Part shown: one piece after another, positions 54,216-64,000 of the stretch | Layout: every line of letters begins with the position of its first letter | Numbering within the stretch: position 1 is the stretch's first letter | NCBI RefSeq assembly: GCF_009914755.1 | Contig: NC_060938.1 | Source: the human T2T-CHM13v2.0 reference genome, Homo sapiens | DNA length: 64,000 bases | Direction: 5' to 3' (one strand) | Made by a program: the position numbers and the translations under genes | Notes under the pieces: model-generated | What the model saw: the letters and a program-made list of their open reading frames with translations, nothing else | Told to the model about the DNA's origin: nothing | The model's database searches: none

Positions 54216-56429
54216 CTTTCCTGAAACTAAATAGATAGCAGCAGAAAGATATAATCACTACCCTTCGAGTGTAATCAACAATCTTCACAACACATCCTGA
54301 ATTCATCCACCTGTCTCCATCCCACTATGACCATTCCTGGATTACATCAGCTTCATTACTTGCCTGGACTGCAAGAGCTTCTTAACCAGTCATCTTGTTT
54401 CTGTTCTCTCCCATTCTCCTCACTGTAGTGGGAGTGATCTTACAAACCTTCAAATAGTTTCCCATTGCAGACAGAATAAAATCCAAGTCCTTATCATGAC
54501 CTAGAAGACTGTATGAGCTGACCTACCACCACCCATCCTGACACAAACTTCACCTCTCACCATTCTCTCTCCTACAATACTCAAGCCAGAGTTGCCTTCA
54601 TGCAGTTTCTCAAACCCATCAAGCTCAGCCCACCTGGAAGACCTTATGCCTGGACACTTTCTCCAGATCTCTGCATAACTTATTCCTCATCATCATTTAG
54701 ATCTTAGGTCAAATATCAATTCCAGAAAGGTTTTCCCTAATTACTCAACCCAAATGAATCCATTCCTTCTCTCCTCTACTGTTATATCATACTCTTATTT
54801 TTCTTCATACTTATTTAAAATCATGTGGCCTATCATTAATTGTCTATTGTCTGCCTCCACCACTGAAATGTAAGCTCCAGGATGGAAAGGCCTTTAATCT
54901 GTTTTGTTTCGAGCTACACCTGAGCACCAGAACGGGACTTGGGACATGATAGGCTCTAATTCACTACACTTGATTGAATTAACTAACTAACTATCCCTGT
55001 TCTAACAAATACATATGTGCTATACTTAATTTAAAATCCTATCCAGAATGAAGGGAACAGACTAGCACCCTCTGCAAATTTTATTGTATTATATCCAAGA
55101 CCCAGCCTGCAGAGACTCTGATTTTAACAGTTTAGCAGAACTCAAAATTCTACATTTTTAACAGGCACCCCAGATGACTGTAATGAAACTGTCTGTAAAA
55201 CACACTTTGAGAAATATCCATTTATACACTCTTTTTACACTAAAATGTCTTTAACAATGAAATCAAAGTTTACCACCATCTCCATGAACAGCAACACCAT
55301 TATCTAATCCTTTTCCTCTTCTCTACTTCACTCCTTTATTCCATTCCTGCACCGACCCCACCCCAAGATAACGGAAGTATCCTCTCCCAAGCTGCTTAGG
55401 ACATTTACCACAAATGAACCTAGGAAAAGACAATTCTCATAAAAAATTACAACCAATTTCCTTTTGTCCTGCAATCAACATGGCTGCAAATTAAGAGTTG
55501 TAGAGAAGGGCTTATTGATTGGTTTTAGTTGTTAAACCAAACATTCAAGAAGTTGTTTGGTTTTATTGTTTGGTTTTGTTTTCCTCTGGACTGAATGTTT
55601 TTAGAAACTTATTTTTTCATGGCAAAATCAATACATGTAAGTTGTTAAAATTCAAATAGATACATGTAAAAAAAAGAAAGTACAAAATTACCCCAAAGAA
55701 CCTCAGTGATAACCACTGATTTGTATACCTTTTTCAGATTTTTTTCTGTGCATATACAAACATATATACACAAATAATGTTTCTAATATAGAACCAGAAT
55801 TGAGAATCTCTGATTTCAGCCAGTCACAGTTAGGGAATAAAATGAAGTTAATCCAAATCAGCTGGAACACTCTAAAAAGTGTTACTATTTTAATGTACCC
55901 AAGAACAAAGAAATTTCACCAGTATTTAAATTTGTGCGTTAAACACCTTTAGGCAAGTTACAAGCCTGTCATAGTTCTAATATTTAAGTTACAGGCTGCC
56001 TTAGAACGAAGAACTGAGTTCCTGAGGTGTAAGGAAAATCATGGGTTCTTAAAGGCAAAGAGCCAAGCAACTAGTTAACGCCTCCCTACCAAGTCCAAAA
56101 GACTAGTCTTACCTGTGGACTATGTGGAGTCTGGACCCCTCTGCATCAGACCCCAAAGTGGAATTACACAGGTTGAAAGAAATCAAAACTGAAATCCTAA
56201 GGGGAGTAACCAGGACACTTGCAGTGCAGGTCATTAGCGTGATTGTTGCCAAATTCAAAGCAGAAAGGTGTTAAATGGCTTTTGTAGGGATCAAAACAAC
56301 ATGTGACAGTAGTTCATGCAGATCTGCCACACACATGTATATGCTATTCGCTATGGATGAATCGAGAAAACAACGTCCTCTCTAAAAATGTACATGAACA
56401 GTTAGGAGCAACAAATCTTCTTCCATACA

Positions 56430-56830
56430 GGACTGAAATTAACCGCAGTCAGGTCGGCAGCAGGAGGTTCCAACGAGGCTCCCTGGCTGGCTGCGGCTGC
56501 ACCCTCGAGGGTTGTTATAGTAACCACACAGACGCACGCAGCTTCGCGTGTGTGCCGAGGAATTCACGGGCAGTACATAAACTGGACTCCCTGCTTCATT
56601 CGGAGTAACAAAAACACATACAGAATTTAATCTACGGCCCCACCTGCAATTTCTGCAAGATCGGCTTGACTTCTTCCTCTTCATCAGCCATCATCTCCCG
56701 GCCACTCCACCCCCAACTTTATAACCACAGAGACGCACGCCCTCTCTCACCGCGGAACCACAGCGACATCTGGCGTTCTGGAGGCTTTTCTGCCCCAGAA
56801 GGGCTTTGCTTCAAACCGACTTAACCGTTT
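56430..56830 (-). promoter_or_regulatory. TTC5: TTC5 promoter / small CpG-rich island
   Basis: Local CpG enrichment around exon 1; X-box-like GTTGTTATAGTAAC at 56511-56524; CTCF-like CCAGATGTCGCTG on the minus strand at 56761-56773. Confidence 0.7.
56644..56694 (-). CDS. TTC5: TTC5 exon 1 CDS (MMADEEEEVKPILQKLQ)
   Basis: Start in gggagATGATGG; donor gtgggg; 51 nt. Confidence 0.96.
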
Positions 56831-57786
56831 ATTTCCACAGAGATGCTCTACAATCACTTGTGAGTTCATAAACTTCTTTCTTTCCCAGATCCTGGAAACA
56901 AAATGTCCTCAGCTTAATTTCTATATTCTTGTTTCATGTCTTCCTACTTATTTATACTAAGATTATAATACTCCATAAAGAAGAGAGTTTAAGAAGTGCA
57001 CACCTGTGTTGTTTGAAATTTCGAAAGCCATGTAGTACAATAGCTACTTTACTCAATCTTTTCCAAACTTTGCAGTAATTTTCTATGTATGATTAATTTT
57101 ATCATTTTAATGCACTATCTTAATAAATACTACACTTGGGATGGCTCATAAAAACCAACATGCTCTACACTAACAATGCCTCCATATTTATAGACAACAT
57201 CCAGAAGGATATATAAGAAAGGATGACTGTCTCTGCAGAGGGAAACACAGAAACTGGGGAACTGTGGGTGAGCGAAGAAAATTTTCACTGCCTGCCCTTT
57301 TGAATTTTCTTGCCATCTATATGTATCACCTATTCAAATATAAACATTTTTAAATAAAAAATTATTTGCTTCTACATAGTCTCTGGAAAGAGACACAAGA
57401 CACTGGCAAGACTATCGCTTACAAAGAGCAGAAGTGAGTGGCTGGAGCAAAAATGAGTGACCAGGGAACTGGGGTAGACTTTTCACTCTATGCCTTTTTT
57501 GTAACTTTAAAGTTTGTACCTTGTGAATATATTAAACTTCTGAATAAATCTTTTAAAGTGTCATGTAATATTCCTGGCAGTTTTGCTTTACTTTTTTAGT
57601 TTTAATTACAGCTTCAAGCTGATTCTGTGAAACTAACAAAGAAGTAAAACGTTCAAGGCAGAAATCATGAATATACATAAAATCATTTCCTCAAATCATT
57701 TTCCAACATAAAGGAAATAGTTTGTATTGTAACCTATAAAATCTATGTCGTTAGCTGTAAAATAGGGAGGGATGTTTTAAAAAATT

Positions 57787-58074
<288 letters not shown>

Positions 58075-58115
58075 TAAAACTTTAAAATTTTTCATCCTCT
58101 TTCTCAGACATTTTA

Positions 58116-58455
<340 letters not shown>

Positions 58456-59087
58456 TTAAGAGATTTTATACTCTATATTCCTAGTGAAGGAAACACTACT
58501 TGCTTTTCAATTATGTAAAGCAGGGGTATTTAATTGCCTTTCTACAATGACTAAATATATCTTCAAATGATTTCAGTATAATTTTTATTACCTAAAAAAC
58601 AATGGGATTTGACATTTAGGGTAATTCCATTGTTAACACATCTTAAACCATTAAGAATCAATCCTAAAATTTAAGAGTTAGAAAAGGCTGTAAGGATAAC
58701 TTAATTCAGTCCTTCATTTTACAGATACAGAGACTAAGTCCAAGAAAGTTCAAACTAAGTAGAAACCAGAACCCAGATCTTCTGCCTCTCCAGCCAGTAT
58801 GCTTTCAAATCTTTCCTCTAACAGGACATAAAGTTACTGAGAATGTCCTTCAAATTTCTATCATGGCTCTACATTTTAAATAAATAAATGCATAAACAAT
58901 TTAATTCCCATAATAATAGTCAGAAATACTCACTAAATAAAGGAAAACAATAAATAAATCTTTTATTTTAATACAATCTCGAGATCAATAACACATTGGT
59001 AAACTTTCTGCAGAAGTGCATTCCTAAATAAGTAAACCCAAGGCAATAGTTGACAAAAAGGTAAAGAAGTAGCTTTATTTTAAAATA

Positions 59088-59392
59088 CAGTCTTCCTTTG
59101 GTATCTTTGGGGGATTGGTTCCAGGAACCCTCATGGATACCAAAATCCTTGGATGTTCATGTCACTTTTATAAAATGGCATGGTATTTGCATATAACCTA
59201 CAGATTCTCCCAAATACTTTAAATCACCTCTAAATTATTTATAATACCTACAATGTAAATGCTATCCAAATAGTTGTTATATAGTATTGGTTTTTAATTT
59301 GTATTTTTTTATATTATTTTTTCTCAAATATTTTTGATATATGGTTGGCTGAATCTGCAGAAGCAGAACCTATGGATACAGAGCACCGACTG
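59088..59392. mobile_element. MER2 (TcMar-Tigger)
   Basis: ta-cagtcttcctttggtatct...gatacagagcaccgactg-ta, with TIRs and TA TSD. Confidence 0.85.
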
Positions 59393-60017
59393 TAAATGCC
59401 AAAAAAATTAACTTTAAAAAATAACTTCAACAACGTGAGTTATTTTTAAATACAAATAGGGACTGAACATACATGCATCAAATTGTACTCTCGTTCACTG
59501 ACATAAGCACACCTCCAAACAATACGAAGGTAAATACATAAATATATACAAATAAATACACACACCCAAATAACAAGCTACACATCACCCACCATTTTCC
59601 AAGACCAAAATTTTCACATAAACATACTGGCAAATACAGCAAAATATCAGTGTACATTAACATACTTACATATACAGATATGCATAAATACCAGAATTCA
59701 AAGCAACATGTAGCATATAACACAGGTACTTAAGGCATAAACACCACAGCTCAGTGAGAAACAGCACAGGGAGAAAGAGTTATCTATTGAAACAAATACT
59801 ATTGTGACCTTCTCACACTAGGGATGAAAATTCAGCAGTTCACAATGGAATTGAGACTAATAAAATGCTTATGCTTTAAATAATAGAAACAAAGAAACCA
59901 GACTCTAAACCACTCCCCACTGCCAATGAGTTTGTTATGTTGATAATGTGAAAACAACTTCAGAGACTTAAAAGCACAGAGAAGCTGGGGAGTCCTATCT
60001 AGAAAAAAGATTTGCTA

Positions 60018-62213
60018 CCCTGCCCCTGCCCCTGCCTCTGCCTCTGCCTCTCCCTCTCCCTCTCCCCTCTCCCCTCTCCCCTCTCCCCTCTCCCTCTCGG
60101 TCTCCCTCTCCCTCTCTTTCCACTGTCTCCCTCTGATGCCGAGCCGAAACTGGACTGTACTGCTGCCATCTCGGCTCACTGCAACCTCCCTGCCTGATTC
60201 TCCTGCCTCAGCCTGCCGAGGGCCTGCGATTGCAGGCACGCGCCACCACGCCTGACTGGTTTTCGTACTTTTTTGGTGGAGACGGGGTTTCGCTGTGTTG
60301 GCCGGGCTGGTCTCCAGCTCCTAACCGCGAGTGATCCGCCAGCCTTGGCCTCCCGAGGTGCCGGGATTGCAGACGGAGTCTGGTTCACTCAGTGCTCAAT
60401 GGTGCCCAGGCTGGAGTGCAGTGGCGTGATCTCAGCTCGCTACAACCTCCATCTCCCAGCCGCCTGCCTTGGCCTCCCAAAGTGCCGAGATTGCAGCCTC
60501 TGCCCGGCCGCCACCCCGTCTGGGAAGTGAGGAGCGTCTCTGCCTGGCCGCCCATCGTCTGGGACGTGAGGAGCCCCTCTGCCTGGCTGCCCAGTCTGGA
60601 AAGTGAGGAGCGTCTCTGACCGGCCGCCATCCCATCTAGGAAGTGAGGAGCGCCTCTTCCTGGCAGCCATCCCGTCTGGGAAGTGAGGAGCGTCTCTGCC
60701 CAGCCGCCCATCGTCTGAGATGTGGGGAGCGCCTCTGCCCCGCCGCCCCGTCTGGGAGGTGAGGAGCGTCTCTGCCCAGCCGCCCCGTCTGAGAAGTGAG
60801 GAGACCCTCCGCCCAGCATCCGCCCCATCTGAGAAGTGAGGAGCCCCTCCGCCCGGCAGCCACCCCGTCTGGGAAGTGAGGAGCGTCTCCGCCCGGCAGC
60901 CGCCCCGTCCGGGAGGGAGGTGGGGGAGTCAGCCCCCCACCCGGCCAGACGCCCCGTCCGGGAGGTGAGGGGCGCCTCTGCCCAGCCGCCCCTACTGGGA
61001 AGTGAGGAGCCCCTCTGCCTGGCCAGCCACCCCGTCCAGGAGGGAGGTGGGGGAGTCAGCCCCCCACCCGGCCAGACGCCCCGTCCGGGAGGGAGGTGGG
61101 GGGGTCAGCCCCCCGCCCGGCCAGCCGCCCCGTCCAGGAGGGAGGTGGGGGGGTCAGCCCCCCGCCCGGCCAGCCGCCCCGTCCGGGAGGGAGGTGGGGG
61201 GGTCAGCCCCCCACCCGGCCAGCCGCCCCGTCCGGGAGGTGAGGGGCGCCTCTGCCCGGCCGCCCCTACTGGGAAGTGAGGAGCCCCTCTGCCCAGCCAG
61301 CCGCCCCGTCCGGGAGGGAGGTGGGGGGGTCAGCCCCCCGCCCGGCCAGCCGCCCCGTCCGGGAGGTGAGGGGCGCCTCTGCCCAGCCGCCCCTACTGGG
61401 AAGTGAGGAGCCCCTCTGCCCAGCCAGCCGCCCCGTCCGGGAGGGAGGTGGGGGGGGTCAGCCCCCCCCCCCCCCGCCAGCCGCCCCGTCCGGGAGGGAG
61501 GTGGGGGGATCAGCCCCCCGCCCGGCCAGCCGCCCCGTCCGGGAGGGAGGTGGGGGGCTCAGCCCCCCGCCCGGCCAGCCGCCCCGTCCGGGAGGTGAGG
61601 GGCGACTCTGCCCGGCCACCCCTACTAGGAAGTGAGGAGCCCCTCTGCCCAGCCACCACCTCGTCTGGGAGGTGTACCCAACAGCTCTTTGAGAACGGGC
61701 CGGGATGACAATGGCGGTTTTGTGGAATAGAAAGGGGGGAAAGGTGGGGAAAAGATTGAGAAATCGGATGGTTGCCGTATCTGTGTAGAAAGAAGTAGAC
61801 ATGGGAGACTTTTCATTTTGTTCTGTACTAAGATAAATTCTTCTGCCTTGGGATCCTGTTGATCGGTGACCTTACCCCCAACCCTGTGCCCTCTGAAACA
61901 TGTGCTGTGTCCACTCAGGGTTAAATGGATTAAGGGCGGTGCAAGATGTGCTTTGTTAAACAGATGCTTGAAGGCAGCATGCTCGTTAAGAATCATCACC
62001 ACTCCCTAATCTCAAGTACCCAGGGACAAAACACTGCGGAAGGCTGCAGGGTCCTCTGCCTAGGAAAACCAGAGACCTTTGTTCACTTGTTTATCTGCCA
62101 ACCTTCCCTCCACTATTGTCCTATGACCCTGCCAAATCCCCCTCTGCGAGAAACACCCAAGAATGATCAATAAAAAAATAAAAATTAAAAAAAAAAGTTA
62201 AAAAAAAAAAAAA
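60018..62213 (+). mobile_element. Full-length SVA (D-like): hexamer head, Alu-like domain, VNTR, SINE-R, poly(A)
   Basis: Head about 60018-60115; Alu-like about 60130-60500; GC-rich VNTR about 60500-61680; SINE-R about 61680-62170; AATAAA at 62169; 17-bp TSD agaaaaaagatttgcta at 60001-60017 and 62214-62230. Confidence 0.97.
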
Positions 62214-62285
62214 AGAAAAAAGATTTGCTAAATGAAATCACTAAAGATGAACATAGAAACAGTCTGTAAAGTTAGCTAAATTATC

Positions 62286-62291
62286 TTTATT
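62286..62291 (-). terminator. CCNB1IP1: Probable CCNB1IP1 poly(A) signal (AATAAA)
   Basis: First AATAAA after the stop codon, about 155 nt downstream, within the Alu A-tail. Confidence 0.65.
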
Positions 62292-62446
62292 TTTTTTTAG
62301 AAACAGGGTCTCACTCTGTTGCCCAGGCTGGAGTGCAGTGGCATGATCTTAGATCACTAAAGCCTCAGACTCCTGGGCTCAAGTGATCCTCCCAGCCTCA
62401 ACCTCCTAAGTAGCTGGGATCACAGGTGCGTGACACTATGCGTGGC
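62292..62446 (-). mobile_element. Alu right monomer (FRAM/AluJ) forming the CCNB1IP1 3'UTR
   Basis: Minus strand GCACCTGTGATCCCAGCTACT...GCCACTGCACTCCAGCCTGGGCAACAGAGTGAGACCCTG followed by an A tail. Confidence 0.88.
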
Positions 62447-62649
62447 TCAAATTCTTTTTACTTTGAAGGCCCTGCTAGAAACTTGCTGCTGCTCTAATTC
62501 ACGACTTGGAGAGACAAAACTAAAAAAGCTGTTGCTGGGTTCAGGTGCTGTGGGAGAACCCGCAAAAAATGGTCTGAACTGAAAATCTCCATCTCCATCG
62601 CCCCGATTTCGAACAGGTGTATTATCCAAAGGAAACTTGGAGTTGTTAC
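62447..62649 (-). CDS. CCNB1IP1: CCNB1IP1 (HEI10, meiotic crossover E3 ligase) last coding exon (GNNSKFPLDNTP...AFKVKRI*)
   Basis: Acceptor cctag in phase 1; translation matches the recalled HEI10 C-terminus; TGA at 62447-62449; upstream exons lie beyond the window. Confidence 0.93.
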
Positions 62650-63284
62650 CTAGGGCAGAAAAAAAGGAAAAACATAATTTTATTCATTTGTTATCTATAT
62701 AATCTACTTCAGAGGAATCATCAAATATATATATATGAATATATATTTTTTCTCCAATATTTGTCTTAGAAAAAAACAGACATATAAAATCTTTTACCCC
62801 AGGTTAAGAATTTTTTTAAAAAAACATTGCAATAAACATTCTAGAAAAAATATAACTGAAATATTGGCATATACCATGACCCAATATCAATTAGCATAGG
62901 CTTAAGACAAGCAGATAATAGATCTGATTAAATTAACATTTAACTACTTCCACTGAACCCTTCCTTGGCTTTTACAGGTTTTAAAGGACCAAATAACTAA
63001 AGGAAAATGCTGACTATATATCCTTCAAGCTAACAGTGGCAGCAGGACATAAAAAGGTTAACTGTGTACAAAAAGAGGAATGGGAAAGAACTGGTGAATA
63101 TGAAAAAAATAAGACAAATGTGGACAGTGACAAAAAAATAAGTATATCTATAATGCCCATTTACAGTAACTCTGATTGACTAAATTACATTATATAAGTA
63201 AAACTGAAAGTTAAGCAGAAATTTAGGTTTTTATTCTTATATCTGATATTCCTCATCTCATCACCTCAAACCTGCCCCCCACCT

Positions 63285-63390
63285 TTTTTTTTTGTAGAGA
63301 CAGGGTCTCACTATATTGCCCAGGCTGGTCTCAAACTCCTGGGCTCAAGTGATTCTCCCACCTCAATCTCCCAAAGTGCTGGGCCGCACC
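63285..63390 (-). mobile_element. Alu monomer (FLAM/AluJ) in the last CCNB1IP1 intron
   Basis: gtagagacagggtctcactatattgcccaggctgg. Confidence 0.8.
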
Positions 63391-63869
63391 TGACCACCTC
63401 ATACTTTTTATAAGACATCAGCTCCTCCCCTATTAAATCTTTTTCCTCAGCCTATAGTAAATATCCAAAAATGAGTATTAGGAAAGTCCAGCACAAGAGG
63501 CTTCACTTTTTTGTATGCCAAAAACAATTTCCATTGATAGCATAGCAAAAATCTATTAGATTTTGTTGCATAAAGAGTAGTATAAAGGAGAGAGCTCAGG
63601 AAGATATGAGATTCATTCCGTCTGCAAGGCACCTAACAAGCAGAAAAGAGATGGCATCATACTAGATTGTGATTTAAAGAAAGAACCCTATTTGGATAAC
63701 CTTTATATCCTCATTAGTTAGGATCATACCTAACAAGCTGGTACATAAAACATATTTGCTAAATATTTGATAAATGGAAAAATGATTAGACAAAAGAACA
63801 AAACAACCAAACTGACAACTTAAGAACTGTACAATCAGTATTGGCAGGTGAAAAAAATTGAAACATGGC

Positions 63870-64000
63870 CTTCTTGGAGGATAGCAAATGGTTAAGAGTA
63901 TAGGCTCTGAAAACAGGTTAGTGATATTGACCAAATTACTTAACTTTCTGTGCCTCAGCTTTCTCATCTGTATAAAAGAAGGATAATAATACTTACTTCA
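63870..64000 (+). mobile_element. MIR
   Basis: Core tctgtgcctcagctttctcatctgtataaaa. Confidence 0.75.

Noticed and set aside
59480-59730. AC-rich quasi-periodic tract
   Set aside because: Degenerate low-complexity sequence with no stable unit
60500-61680. Repeat-spacer-like array and Pro/Gly/Arg-rich ORFs
   Set aside because: This is the SVA VNTR, not a CRISPR array or a gene
62650-64000. Intronic snoRNAs hosted by CCNB1IP1
   Set aside because: No convincing C/D or H/ACA structure in this part of the intron

Overview
Human/hominoid genomic DNA. The gene order TTC5-CCNB1IP1 places it at chr14q11.2, just distal to an olfactory-receptor cluster (from established knowledge; no OR coding sequence lies inside the window). 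The right half holds the complete 10-exon coding region of TTC5 (minus strand; 1323 nt spliced, 440 aa; all GT-AG junctions and phases checked by hand) and the last coding exon plus 3'UTR of CCNB1IP1/HEI10 (minus strand), with a full-length SVA between them. The left ~38 kb is mostly transposon debris: three L1PA copies (one full length with an apparent 3' transduction), an old L1PB interrupted by a HERV-K solo LTR, a THE1-inside-MST provirus nest and a MADE1, a hAT-Charlie fossil, and many Alus. The most interesting observations are a repeat-free island at ~13.0-14.1 kb with a composite Lhx2/Ebf motif (candidate OR-cluster enhancer), a 43-bp copy of the end of TTC5 exon 9 inside intron 8, the L1 3' transduction, and a HEI10 3'UTR and poly(A) signal built from an Alu monomer that faces the SVA tail. 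Repeat subfamily names come from recalled consensus sequences, not from a search.
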